Translations under genes and position numbers: made by a program
The notes under the pieces: model-generated
Databases searched by the model: none
Told to the model about the DNA's origin: nothing
What the model saw: only the letters and a program-made list of their open reading frames with translations
NCBI GenBank assembly: GCA_964616405.1
Contig: CAZTRE010000004.1
Location: 1-64,000 of the forward strand
Direction of reading: 5' to 3'
DNA from: an uncultured Mycoplasma sp.
GTDB taxonomy: Bacteria > Bacillota_I > Bacilli_A > RF39 > UBA660
Length of the DNA: 64,000 nt
Shown here: positions 55,095-64,000 of the stretch, piece by piece
Layout: every line of letters begins with the position of its first letter
Numbering within the stretch: the first letter of the stretch is position 1

Positions 55095-55397
55095 TTATTG
55101 CTCGTTATTTTCTGTTTCTTCTTTATTTTCACCTTTTTGAATTTCTTCTTGTAATGTTGTAAGAATCGTTTCAATTAATTTCCATTCTTCATCAGTTTCA
55201 ATGGCTTCTAAACGTCCATTTTCATCATCTGGATAATAAACGGAAGCATATACTTCAACGTTTCCTTCTTCATCTCTTGAGTTATCTGTATAAGCAATGT
55301 AGTTTTTGTTTGTTTTGTCACTTTCGAATGTAAATAGTACGTCATATACTACTTCTTGTCCATTCTCATCTAACAAAGTAAATGTATTTTTTTGCAT
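55095..55397 (-). CDS. DUF1292 family protein (YrzB-like)
   Basis: 100 aa and acidic, with the pattern DENGQEVVYDVLFTFESDKTNKNYIAYTD...EEW. It lies between ruvX and mltG, as yrzB does. Confidence 0.7.
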   Translation of the reverse strand: MQKNTFTLLDENGQEVVYDVLFTFESDKTNKNYIAYTDNSRDEEGNVEVYASVYYPDDENGRLEAIETDEEWKLIETILTTLQEEIQKGENKEETENNEQ

Positions 55398-55399
55398 CT

Positions 55400-55816
55400 T
55401 TAATTTCCTTTCCTATCTAGATATGATTGTAATATTATAGTTGCCGCTACGCTATCAACAACCTTTTTTCTGTTTTTACGAGATACATTTCCCATAATAA
55501 GCATGTCGGTTGCACTCTTCGTAGTCAATCTTTCGTCTTGAAGATATACTGGAATTGAGACAAGTTTTTCTAGTTTTTCTTTGAACTCTAAACTTAACTG
55601 TCCTTTAGGACCAATAGTATTATTCATGTTTTTTGGAAAACCTAATACTATGGCACCAATGTTTAGTTCTTCTACTATTTGTTTTACTTCATTTAGTAAA
55701 CGATCATATTCCTCTTCATGTCTTATTGTTTTATAAGTAGAAGCAATGGTTCCAGTAGCATCACTTACGGCTATGCCTAAAGTTCTGCTTCCTAAATCTA
55801 ATCCTAAATATTTCAT
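55400..55816 (-). CDS. ruvX: Holliday junction resolvase-like protein RuvX (YqgF)
   Basis: [19 protein letters not shown] at the N-terminus and DERLTT later in the protein. 138 aa. Confidence 0.9.
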   Translation of the reverse strand: MKYLGLDLGSRTLGIAVSDATGTIASTYKTIRHEEEYDRLLNEVKQIVEELNIGAIVLGFPKNMNNTIGPKGQLSLEFKEKLEKLVSIPVYLQDERLTTKSATDMLIMGNVSRKNRKKVVDSVAATIILQSYLDRKGN

Positions 55817-56067
55817 TAGCTTTTTTTATTGAACTCCACTAATAATATTTCTATTATTTTAGCACGATCAATTTCTTGAATTTTATTTCTTGCATTTTTA
55901 TAACTTGAAATATATCCAGGATCTCCACTTATTAAATATCCAACAATTTGATTTACTGGATCATAGCCTCGTTCTTCTAACGCTTCATATACTTCTTTAA
56001 GTGTTAAACGAGTTATTTCAGCATCAAGTTCTTGAACTTTAAAAAGACTCGTATGTTCTTGTGACAT
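55816..56067 (-). CDS. IreB family regulatory phosphoprotein (UPF0297, YrzL-like)
   Basis: 83 aa with [39 protein letters not shown]. Confidence 0.8.
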   Translation of the reverse strand: MSQEHTSLFKVQELDAEITRLTLKEVYEALEERGYDPVNQIVGYLISGDPGYISSYKNARNKIQEIDRAKIIEILLVEFNKKS

Positions 56068-56136
56068 ATAATCACCTCACTATAATACTTATATTTTAAT
56101 TTTACCATTATTTACTTTAAAATACAATAAATATAT

Positions 56137-57288
56137 TTAGGCCGCAACGACAAAAGCCATATAAATTGTAAAACCTAAGAATATTAAGGTTATTATCCAA
56201 CCATTAAGTCTTTCAAACCAACTACTTTTATTTTTAACACCTAAGGCCATTGTTACTAAAGCACCACCAATTAATCCACCAATATGCGCTGCATTATCAA
56301 CGCCTTGTACTACAAAACCTAAAACTAAGTTGACTATAATTAATGGGATAATTTGGCTTTTTAAGACATTTCCGAGATAAACACGATAGTGATATCCAAA
56401 ATATAGAAGTGAACCCATCAAACCAAAGATAGCTCCTGATGCCCCAACGGAAGCTGCATTACCATAGAAAGTAATGGAAAATAAACTTCCAAATAAAGCA
56501 CTAATAAAATAGATTATAGTAAATTTAAATTTTCCTAAGAAGCTTTCTAACTGACTACCAATTATATATAAAGCATAACAGTTAAAAGCTAAATGCATTA
56601 GACCGGAATGTAGAAAAGCTCCAGTTATTAAACGATAATATTGACCAGCTCTTACACTCGGACCATGAACACAAAAATCTAAAATCATACCTTGAGATTC
56701 TCCAAATAAATATGGAACAAAGTACATAATCAAATTAAAAGCAATTAAAAGATAAGTTATCATTGGGAATTTTGCTTTAAATACTTTTTCGATTTTTTTA
56801 GCATCTTCTTGATTGTGCTTATTAATGTCACCTGTTATCTTCATAAATAATTCAGCCCCTTTTTCTGTAAACTTTAGTTTTTTAGTTAAGTCTGGGAAAA
56901 TTTTAGTAATCATTTCATTTTTATTGATATCACTTTCCTCAGTTACTTTAATATATAGATTATTTGTTGTATTTTCTTCTTTTAAGTCTACATTATCATT
57001 TAAGTTTAAGAAGAAACTTGCAACATTCATATTGAATAATGACATTGTTTTTCTTTTGATTTTTCTCATAATCCTTTTAGTCTTAAATTTATCAAAATCA
57101 AATTGCTCATTATTGTGGATATATCCAGAGACAATACGAATCACCTGATAATCTTCATTTAAATTTTCTAACCAGATTTCATTTTCGACCCCTTGTAGGA
57201 TTATAGGATTATAGTTTTTTTCTGTGATGAAATAATGAAGAAGTTTCATTACCATTATATTTTTATCATCAAACATTACGTCTTCCAT
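56137..57288 (-). CDS. rhomboid family intramembrane serine protease
   Basis: AFLHSGLMHLAFNCYALY, the catalytic GASGAIFGLMG and AHIGGLIGG. It has an N-terminal cytoplasmic domain and 6-7 TM helices. Confidence 0.85.
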   Translation of the reverse strand: MEDVMFDDKNIMVMKLLHYFITEKNYNPIILQGVENEIWLENLNEDYQVIRIVSGYIHNNEQFDFDKFKTKRIMRKIKRKTMSLFNMNVASFFLNLNDNVDLKEENTTNNLYIKVTEESDINKNEMITKIFPDLTKKLKFTEKGAELFMKITGDINKHNQEDAKKIEKVFKAKFPMITYLLIAFNLIMYFVPYLFGESQGMILDFCVHGPSVRAGQYYRLITGAFLHSGLMHLAFNCYALYIIGSQLESFLGKFKFTIIYFISALFGSLFSITFYGNAASVGASGAIFGLMGSLLYFGYHYRVYLGNVLKSQIIPLIIVNLVLGFVVQGVDNAAHIGGLIGGALVTMALGVKNKSSWFERLNGWIITLIFLGFTIYMAFVVAA

Positions 57289-57359
57289 ACGTTACCTCCT
57301 AAAATGCTAATATTATTATAATATAAAACATAAAATAAGAAAAGAGGAGAATACTTATC

Positions 57360-57815
57360 ATGAAAAAAATCTTTACATTTATCATTTTTTTATTACCTTG
57401 GTTTTTAGTTAATATAATTCCTGTTGATTATAATTATTACAGTACTATTAAACTACCTTGGTTTGCTCCACCTACTATATTTTATAGTATTAGTTGGACA
57501 ATTATTTATATTTTAATTGCCTGTAGTATGGTATGTTTATTAGAATCATATAAAATTAAAGCATTACCTACAACTTTTAAAATTATTTTACTTATTAATT
57601 ATTTGTTCAATCAAAGTTTTATTTTAGTTTTCTTTGGACTAAAAAGTAATTTCTTAGGATTTATCAGTTGTATAGGAACGTTACTTAGTACTTTGTTTTT
57701 AGTAAATGAATTATACAATTTAAAACCTAAGTGTAGTAAATATCTGATTCCATATATTATGATTAGTATATTTGCAGTTATTCTATCATTTTTGATTTAT
57801 ATTATGAATATATAA
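57360..57815 (+). CDS. TspO/MBR family protein
   Basis: 151 aa with 5 TM helices, LPWFAPPTIFYSISWTIIYILIA. Confidence 0.65.
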   Translation: MKKIFTFIIFLLPWFLVNIIPVDYNYYSTIKLPWFAPPTIFYSISWTIIYILIACSMVCLLESYKIKALPTTFKIILLINYLFNQSFILVFFGLKSNFLGFISCIGTLLSTLFLVNELYNLKPKCSKYLIPYIMISIFAVILSFLIYIMNI

Positions 57816-57839
57816 AGACCTCAGAATAAATCTGAAGTC

Positions 57840-60116
57840 TTATTTTATCATATTTTTATATGTCTTTGCTATAGTTAATGCTTTACTATATGCATCGCTT
57901 AATTCTTGGAAGTGAATGTCTACAAATTTAGAATCATTTTCTTTGCTCTTTAGTTCGTGTTGATAAGCAATATCAGCTAAGAACATAAAGCCTAAGTATT
58001 TAGCATCACTTTTTAGAGAATGAACCTCAATTGCATAGTTTGGCATATCATTTGTAGTTTTATATGAAGTAATTCGTTGCCACTTTTCTTCGACTTCGGT
58101 TAAAAAGTCGTTAATGGTCATATTATACATTTCCATGTCACCTAGGAATTCTAAGGCTTTGTCCAAGTCAATTTCATGATTTCTTAAATAAGTCTCTGGA
58201 GAAGTTTCCTCTGTATTAGATTCTTCAGTGGTATCCTCTCCTATTATTTCAAGCTCTTCTGTTGCTTCTAATTGTTCAACTTCTTCAGGTGTATTAATGT
58301 TATATTTATCGAAAATAGTATTGAATACGCGAATTAATTCATCTTTTTCGATTGGTTTAGCTAAGTATTCATCAAAGCCTTCACTCATATATTTTTCTTT
58401 CATACCAGTGATGGCATTAGCTGTTAAAATTACAACCGGCATATTAAAATCAGTAATTTGTTTTAATTTTTTGAAGGTTTCTACTCCATTCATTTTTGGC
58501 ATCATATCATCCATTAAGATAATGTCATATTTTGAGCCGGATTTAATATCATCAATACAACTAAATCCATTATCAAATGATTTTATATTATTAGCATTAT
58601 ATCTTTCTAAGATCTTTGTGGCGACTTTTATATTTAAGGCATTATCATCAACAATTAAGATTCTCTTATCTTTTAGATCTAAGGTCGTTTTTACTTCACG
58701 CTTGGTTTCTTCAACTGGAGTGTATTCAATTCGTTGATTTAAAACAATTGTAAATTTAGAGCCTTCTCCATATATGGTATGGACTAGTATTTTGCCACCC
58801 ATTAGTTCAACTAATTGTTTTGTTATAGCCAGACCTAATCCGGTCCCTTCTATAGTTGTATTTTTATCTTCATCAAGACGTTGGAACTTGGTAAATAATT
58901 TGTCAATGTTCTTTTGTTTAATTCCACGACCTGAATCTTCAACAGTAATAATTAATTTAGTAATATTAGGGCTATTAATACAATTTACTTCGTATCGCAC
59001 AAAACCTTTGTCAGTATATTTGTATGCATTACTCAAAAGATTAGTAACGACCTTTTTGATATTAGCATGATCTCCAAATAATGTTTCTGGAATATCTGGG
59101 GCAATATAATATGAGAAGTCTAACCCCTTTTCATTCATTTTCGGAGTTATTAGTTTAGCTAGACCTTCGAAAGTATTTCTAGCAGAATATTTGGAATTAA
59201 CTATTTCTAACTTACCTGCTTCAATTTTAGATATATCTAGAATTCCATTAACTATTTCAAGTAGAGTATTTGAAGCATTTACAATATCTTTTGCATTTTC
59301 TTTTGCTTCATCTAAGGTTTCAGTTGTTAAAATATAATCACTAAATCCAACAATTGCATTCAATGGAGTTCTTATTTCATGAGACATACTTGATAAGAAA
59401 TCTGTTTTTGCTTGATTAGCTTTGTCCGCTTGATCACGGGCTGTTTGAAGAGCTTCAATCATTTTTACGTCGGGGTTTTCGATGGTGAAGTACATAACCA
59501 TCGTTACAAACATTTCGGCTGGTGTAACAAGTAATAAGCCTGGATTGTTCATTTGAATAGCAGACGCACCTAAAGAACAAACTAAATATATAACGAATGG
59601 TATAAATTTTTTCTTGTTAACATGTTCATTCTGTGCTTTGGCAATATTAATTACCCATAGTATGGCACAAATTATACTTTGAATAACTAGTATGGTGGTG
59701 CTCGAACCAATAGCTCCAGCACCATATTTTGAATTAACAAATTCAACATTACCAAATATTACGCCTATAGTTAATACTAGAAAAAATATGGCGTATCCTG
59801 TAATAAGCTTTTTCTCATTTGTTACTAAAAATGACTGCGATTTAGAAATTATTGAAATATATAAAGTTAAAAGCTGAATATATGCTAATAATATTATTAG
59901 ATAAAACTTAATAACCATATTGCTAACTATTGAAATATTATTAAATGCAAAATATGTACAGGGAAATTCTAATATAAGAGATACTAAATTTATAACTATG
60001 ATACATTTATATATTTTATTTTCGTAGTTATCAACTCTTTCTTTCGTAAAATAAACCACATTTAAAAATATACTGAATATTAAACAACATGTTGGTAAAA
60101 TTAATCCTATTGTCAT
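57840..60116 (-). CDS. hybrid sensor histidine kinase / response regulator with a C-terminal HPt domain
   Basis: About 6-7 N-terminal TM helices, H-box SHEIRTPLNAI, N/G boxes LSNAYKYT, DSGRGI and GTGLGLAI, receiver RILIVDDNALN...ILMDDMMPKMNG, and HPt HSLKSDAKYLG. Confidence 0.85.
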   Translation of the reverse strand: MTIGLILPTCCLIFSIFLNVVYFTKERVDNYENKIYKCIIVINLVSLILEFPCTYFAFNNISIVSNMVIKFYLIILLAYIQLLTLYISIISKSQSFLVTNEKKLITGYAIFFLVLTIGVIFGNVEFVNSKYGAGAIGSSTTILVIQSIICAILWVINIAKAQNEHVNKKKFIPFVIYLVCSLGASAIQMNNPGLLLVTPAEMFVTMVMYFTIENPDVKMIEALQTARDQADKANQAKTDFLSSMSHEIRTPLNAIVGFSDYILTTETLDEAKENAKDIVNASNTLLEIVNGILDISKIEAGKLEIVNSKYSARNTFEGLAKLITPKMNEKGLDFSYYIAPDIPETLFGDHANIKKVVTNLLSNAYKYTDKGFVRYEVNCINSPNITKLIITVEDSGRGIKQKNIDKLFTKFQRLDEDKNTTIEGTGLGLAITKQLVELMGGKILVHTIYGEGSKFTIVLNQRIEYTPVEETKREVKTTLDLKDKRILIVDDNALNIKVATKILERYNANNIKSFDNGFSCIDDIKSGSKYDIILMDDMMPKMNGVETFKKLKQITDFNMPVVILTANAITGMKEKYMSEGFDEYLAKPIEKDELIRVFNTIFDKYNINTPEEVEQLEATEELEIIGEDTTEESNTEETSPETYLRNHEIDLDKALEFLGDMEMYNMTINDFLTEVEEKWQRITSYKTTNDMPNYAIEVHSLKSDAKYLGFMFLADIAYQHELKSKENDSKFVDIHFQELSDAYSKALTIAKTYKNMIK

Positions 60117-60266
60117 ACTATCACCTACTATACATATTTTAACAAATCATTTTAATATTGTACATAAAAAAGAGCGACTATTTGAAGTGATAAAATAAAT
60201 GTAGACAGTCAAAAAAGACATAGTCTACATTTTTTTGTTATCATAAATAAAAAAGGAGGATATTTT

Positions 60267-60629
60267 ATGAGTAAGAATAATATGAAGACACCAGAAGAAA
60301 AAGAAATCATTGTAAAACGATATTTAAATGGTGAATCAACTACAAGATTGGCAGACGAATTTAATGTTTCTAGAAGAAGAATTTATTATTGGGTAAAAGA
60401 TTACGAAGAGAAAGGATTAGATGGACTAATATCAAATACTGGTAAAGCATCTAAACGCCATAAAAATATGGGGTTATATTTAAGAAACCCTAAATCAAGA
60501 GAAGAAGAATTAGAAATAGAATTAATGAAGAAAGATATTGAGATAGCTCGATTAAAAAAAGGTTACAACGTGAAAGGAGTTGGCCAAGAAAAGGAATTCG
60601 TTACTACATTCAACAAGAATACAAAATAA
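60267..60629 (+). CDS. IS3-family transposase OrfA (HTH)
   Basis: 120 aa with an HTH region YLNGESTTRLADEFNVSRRRIYYWVK, a leucine-zipper-like EELEIELMKKDIEIARLKK and a GGAGG RBS. Confidence 0.85.
   Translation: MSKNNMKTPEEKEIIVKRYLNGESTTRLADEFNVSRRRIYYWVKDYEEKGLDGLISNTGKASKRHKNMGLYLRNPKSREEELEIELMKKDIEIARLKKGYNVKGVGQEKEFVTTFNKNTK
60554..60560 (+). promoter_or_regulatory. programmed -1 ribosomal frameshift site (A AAA AAA, then G)
   Basis: A seven-A run lies in the orfA frame as tta-AAA-AAA-ggt. After a -1 slip the reading continues KKRLQRERSWPRKGIRYYIQQEYKIIDEYKNKYSIISLCEYMSVSRSGYYKW without a stop, directly into orfB. Confidence 0.7.
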
Positions 60630-60676
60630 TAGATGAATATAAAAATAAATATTCAATTATTTCTTTATGCGAATAT

Positions 60677-61486
60677 ATGTCAGTAAGTAGATCTGGTTAT
60701 TATAAGTGGAAATATAGGCAAGAACATCCAACAATGAAAATGATATCAAGGAAATCAGATATAGATTTAATAAAAGAGATATATAAAAAGCATCCCTCTC
60801 ATGGTTATAGATGGATAAATGCCTATGCTAGAAACAAATATGGCGTAATTTGGTCTGATAATCATGTTCATTTATGTTGTAAGTATGAAAATATTAAATC
60901 TCAAGGTAAACATTATCAATGGAAGAAACCTGATGAGGAACATGAAAAATTTAATAATCTTGTATGGAATGGATGGAAATATTTAAGTAGACCATATGAA
61001 GTAATTGTATCTGATATGACTGCCTTTAAAGTTAAAGGTGTTTATTATGAGCTTACTTTGTATTTTGATGCTTGGAACAAAGAAATAATTGGGTATGGAC
61101 TAGTTTCTCGTAAAGGCAATACTAAATCATATTATGATGGTTTAAATCAAGTTTTAAGCAAAATAAAAGAAGAACAAATTGAAACTCCTATAATCTTACA
61201 CACAGATCAAGGTGCTGTTTATTCTTCCGTTAGTTACAACAATCTTCTAAATGAATTTAATATTCAAAGATCCATGTCTAGAGCTGGAACTCCTACAGAC
61301 AATCCCGTTAATGAATCACTAAACGGATGGATTAAAGAAGAATTGTTTATTGATTTTGATTTAAAACATTGCGAAGATGTTCCAAATCTAATTAAATTAT
61401 ATATTAATTACTATAATAATGAAAGACCAAGCTACGCTTTAAATTATAAAACCCCAATTCAATATAAAATCGAATCAGGATTTTAA
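60677..61486 (+). CDS. IS3-family transposase OrfB (DDE/rve integrase core)
   Basis: VSDMTAF (first D), HTDQGAVYSS (second D) and NPVNESLNGWIKEE (E). The true product is probably the OrfAB fusion, entered by frameshifting at about 60560. Confidence 0.85.
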   Translation: MSVSRSGYYKWKYRQEHPTMKMISRKSDIDLIKEIYKKHPSHGYRWINAYARNKYGVIWSDNHVHLCCKYENIKSQGKHYQWKKPDEEHEKFNNLVWNGWKYLSRPYEVIVSDMTAFKVKGVYYELTLYFDAWNKEIIGYGLVSRKGNTKSYYDGLNQVLSKIKEEQIETPIILHTDQGAVYSSVSYNNLLNEFNIQRSMSRAGTPTDNPVNESLNGWIKEELFIDFDLKHCEDVPNLIKLYINYYNNERPSYALNYKTPIQYKIESGF

Positions 61487-61517
61487 GTGTCTTTTTAAAC
61501 TGTCTACTTTTTCTTGA

Positions 61518-63539
61518 CTAGTTCAATTTGTCGCATTTCTCTTTTATTTTATAATTTGTATCCGGTTTTTTTGTATATGTTTCTCCATCAATTAATGAGC
61601 AATTCTTTCCTTTTCCGATTGGCTTTACAGTCTTTTCTAAACCTTCACCTTCTAAAGCTTTAGCACTTCTTTTTAAACTTCCTGTTAATGGGAATGATTC
61701 ATCATTTCCTCTTATTTTAAATAAAACTTTTTCTGCAAGTTCAGGTTGAAATCTATTAAAGCATCTTTCGTTGGCGTTTGCTAAAACTTCATCAACTGGT
61801 GCGGTACAATCTGGTAATAATTCTATGTGTGAAACTAAAACTGGTCCCGTTTCTGAATCGACAACGACTGTTTCCGTTGATAATATATTTTCCATATCAG
61901 CACCTATAGTTTCATTTACTAAGAATGTAGGAATCCGCTGCCCTGTTGATAAAGGTAGACTATCATTATATCTTCCTTTAATTCTAACATTACCATTCTT
62001 TCCAATATAGGCCCATACATTACAATCGCCCCATACCTTACCAGTTGCATCCTTATAATAAAACTTTTGGGTTGCCTCTGGATTATTTTTATATTCTTTC
62101 ATAGTACATGGTGAGTTTGCAACTAATTTTCCATACTCATCATAGTCACACTCTGTACCATCTTCTCTTAAAACAGCCATATCAACAATTTGGAATGGTG
62201 TTAATCCATAATCCTTTCGTCCATCTTTTGTCAAAGCAATTCTTTGGCGCAAGTCATGGAATAAGGTAAAGAAAAGTCCACCATGTTCGCAATTTCCTCC
62301 ACCTAATGACAATCTTATTGGAGAAAGGGGCTTTGGTAAGGCCTTACATCCAGCATCTATTTCTTTAAACCAATTGTTTATAAACTCTTCTTCATTTTTA
62401 TTTGTCCCCTCTCCTACTGAGACTGCATTTACTAAAAATGGTAACTTTCTTCCTGCCACTTTTGAATCGGAGTGATAATCCTTTGCAGAACGTATCCAAT
62501 GACTTCTAGTTGCCGGCACAAAGGCTGTTTCATTGATTAATAAACTACGCGTTAAAAACCTCTCATTATATATCGGTTCACAAGCTACTGCACATGTTTG
62601 CATTAATGGATCTGAAATCGATGATGATATATCAGTATTAGAATGAAGTGGAATATGAGCAAGCCCCCTCATATTACGCATAGCCGGCATTCTTGAAATA
62701 TCCGGATCATGTGATCTTCCAATGGACATATAAGTTCTATGAGCATGACTTATTGCTTTTGGGCGGCCTACTTTAGTTGATCCACTTGTGTATGTAATTG
62801 TAAATTCATCATCCATATTTACGTCTGCAAATTGTGGAATGTGTCCTTTTCCTAACTCCATAAAATCTTTAATGGTCATTATGCTAGGATCTCTTTTCTT
62901 AAATTTTGGCACTTTATTTTCAAATTTATAGAATTCTTCATCATAATAAGCATACGGGTCTTCACCATTTGGTAAAGAATCTGTTAAAGAAACTAACACT
63001 TTTTTCTCAATTGGTGAGTTGCCAATTACAGCTTCTATTTTCTCATATTCATCATCTGTTCCGAAAAATATTTTCCTATTCTTACTATTAACTATCTCCT
63101 CTAAATAGTCTTGTTCAAATCCAGAACCAATAAAGTGAACTACAGCTCCACACATGGCAGCCGCTTCTAGCAAATATACCGCTTCGGGCGTATTTGACAT
63201 GCAAGCAAGAATCTCGTCGCCTTTTTTAATTCCTATTTTATCTAGTGAGATAGCAATTTTTTCGGCATTACGAAACATATCTCTTGCTGATATTGAATTT
63301 CCTCTATAAAAAATAGCCTCTTTATCAAGATTATTTTTATTTCTATATTTCAGTTCTTCTATCCATGACCAATTATGATTTTTTTCTAAATCAGTAAGCG
63401 CTGCTGCTACTTTTTTTGGACTTTTCACATGTTTTTTTAGATAGGATGGCTTCTTATTTGCATTTTTATTACTTTTTTCTCTGTTAACTTTCATTGTTCC
63501 TTTTAGGAATTTCTCAACATCAATATCATAAATTTTCAT
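61518..63539 (-). CDS. AMP-dependent synthetase/ligase (ANL superfamily) with a basic N-terminal extension
   Basis: AMP-binding motif TYTSGSTKVGRPKAISHAH and a later GD..W..IGKNG..RI.GR block. 673 aa. The substrate is unknown. Confidence 0.7.
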   Translation of the reverse strand: MKIYDIDVEKFLKGTMKVNREKSNKNANKKPSYLKKHVKSPKKVAAALTDLEKNHNWSWIEELKYRNKNNLDKEAIFYRGNSISARDMFRNAEKIAISLDKIGIKKGDEILACMSNTPEAVYLLEAAAMCGAVVHFIGSGFEQDYLEEIVNSKNRKIFFGTDDEYEKIEAVIGNSPIEKKVLVSLTDSLPNGEDPYAYYDEEFYKFENKVPKFKKRDPSIMTIKDFMELGKGHIPQFADVNMDDEFTITYTSGSTKVGRPKAISHAHRTYMSIGRSHDPDISRMPAMRNMRGLAHIPLHSNTDISSSISDPLMQTCAVACEPIYNERFLTRSLLINETAFVPATRSHWIRSAKDYHSDSKVAGRKLPFLVNAVSVGEGTNKNEEEFINNWFKEIDAGCKALPKPLSPIRLSLGGGNCEHGGLFFTLFHDLRQRIALTKDGRKDYGLTPFQIVDMAVLREDGTECDYDEYGKLVANSPCTMKEYKNNPEATQKFYYKDATGKVWGDCNVWAYIGKNGNVRIKGRYNDSLPLSTGQRIPTFLVNETIGADMENILSTETVVVDSETGPVLVSHIELLPDCTAPVDEVLANANERCFNRFQPELAEKVLFKIRGNDESFPLTGSLKRSAKALEGEGLEKTVKPIGKGKNCSLIDGETYTKKPDTNYKIKEKCDKLN

Positions 63540-63705
63540 TTTATTAATTTTCCCCCTTACGTATCGATTGTTTACTATATATAAAATACAAAAGAGGCAA
63601 AAACAATCTTAGATAATTTTTTTATTATATCTTAGATGGGTACTGCCTCTTTGTAAATTAATTACATCTCTATCTTATCGTATTTTTCTAATTTATACAA
63701 GATAT

Positions 63706-64000
63706 TTATTTTAGTTTATATCCAAGGTATTCTAATGCATACTTTGTAAATGGTGATAGTTCATCTTGGGTAAGATTTTTTATTTCATACCATGAACAAC
63801 CATTTGAGTCTATTCCGTCTGGTTCTTCCTTTAAAATGAATTCTCTTGGAGTCACATTGTATAGTATTCCAATGTGATGTAAATCTTCAATCATATTATC
63901 AGACATTTGCCATTTAAATGTTACAGCGGTTGCATCTAATAATTCCTGATTTATAACTTCTACTCCTGCTTCTTCTTGAAGTTCTCTTTTTAGTGCTTGG
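63706..64000 (-). CDS. NUDIX hydrolase, C-terminal part (N-terminus beyond the window)
   Basis: The frame stays open upstream of the track ORF start at 63906. The translation from 63999 reads QALKRELQEEAGVEVINQELLDATAVTFKWQMSDN..., which contains the Nudix-box core RELxEEAGV. Confidence 0.7.
   Translation of the reverse strand, partial: QALKRELQEEAGVEVINQELLDATAVTFKWQMSDNMIEDLHHIGILYNVTPREFILKEEPDGIDSNGCSWYEIKNLTQDELSPFTKYALEYLGYKLK

Larger units (their letters stand above)
60201..61507 (+). mobile_element. IS3-family insertion sequence (about 1.3 kb) with orfA/orfB and imperfect terminal inverted repeats
   Basis: The left end GTAGACAGTCAAAAAAGACA matches the reverse complement of the right end, GTAGACAGTTTAAAAAGACA, at 18 of 20 positions. 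It has the two-ORF transposase layout with a slippery A-run. The exact termini are uncertain by 1-2 nt, and I could not identify a target-site duplication. Confidence 0.8.

Noticed and set aside
60201-61507. The IS3 element as the DDE mobilisation function of the T4SS cluster, by analogy with DDE-driven Mollicute ICEs.
   Set aside because: It is a self-contained 1.3-kb IS with its own inverted repeats. It lies 12 kb from the cluster, separated from it by a conserved housekeeping block.
1052-63091. About 35 short track ORFs of 60-170 aa lie antisense to, or nested within, long genes (for example 1052-1255, 2987-3217, 4960-5334, 15340-15678, 23458-23715, 32855-33103, 38219-38404, 42617-42862, 58228-58737, 61771-62010).
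   Set aside because: Each is fully embedded opposite a long ORF with clear family motifs. Their translations are low-complexity (Ser/Leu/Phe/Ile-rich), as expected from the reverse frames of AT-rich genes. None has a convincing RBS. I treat them as shadow ORFs.
63589-63654. A long-range 9-bp inverted repeat (AAAGAGGCA ... TGCCTCTTT) encloses two direct copies of ATCTTAGAT, between the Nudix gene and the AMP-ligase gene.
   Set aside because: It could be a terminator with an unusually large loop (on the minus strand it is followed by a T-rich tract), or an operator pair around a TATAAT. I could not distinguish these or match any known riboswitch or regulatory motif.
1-64000. A search by eye for CRISPR arrays, rRNA genes, additional tRNAs, toxin-antitoxin pairs, restriction-modification systems or other defence systems.
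   Set aside because: I saw no regularly spaced direct repeats, no rRNA-like segments and no recognisable defence gene motifs. The only RNA gene is the partial tRNA at 1-54. Reading 64 kb by eye cannot exclude small RNAs.

Overview
This is an AT-rich, low-GC Bacillota (Firmicutes) chromosomal segment, and almost all of it is transcribed on the minus strand. I cannot name the species. The housekeeping gene order resembles Bacilli/Erysipelotrichia, including an ireB-ruvX-DUF1292-mltG-O-methyltransferase-U32-U32 ... greA block and a tig-lon ... spoVID-like-ysxE-like block. The organism carries sporulation genes (sigG, ylmC/ymxH-like, yunB-like, spoVID-like). The genetic code looks standard: TAA and TAG dominate, and TGA acts as a stop in ATGA gene overlaps. 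The main feature is a roughly 25.7 kb run of 22 tightly packed same-strand ORFs (22126-47827). It sits between the greA terminator and a strong terminator next to a rhodanese gene. This run joins two machines that are normally separate. The first is a Tad/Flp-type (type IVc) pilus module: CpaB-like, CpaF/TadA-like ATPase, TadB-like, TadC-like, an unannotated 56-aa Flp-like pilin with its own promoter, pilin-like proteins and a TadZ-like protein with a degenerate P-loop. The second is a Gram-positive type IV secretion (conjugation-like) module: two VirB2-like hairpin proteins, VirB6-like, PrgI/VirB3-like, a VirB4 split into two ORFs, a SpoIID-plus-cysteine-peptidase wall hydrolase and a VirD4 coupling protein. 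The run also encodes a class B-like sortase, a 952-aa cysteine-rich secreted protein and two paralogous surface proteins that bracket the locus. I found no relaxase, integrase/recombinase, replication gene or prepilin peptidase in the window. Other items are an RBS-sequestering hairpin in front of sigG, a small-membrane-protein paralog with TGA at a conserved Trp position, an IS3-family element with a clear -1 frameshift site, a tandem pair of paralogous membrane proteins and a partial tRNA-Val at the left edge. All functional calls come from reading the translated ORFs for motifs and gene context. No database search was run.
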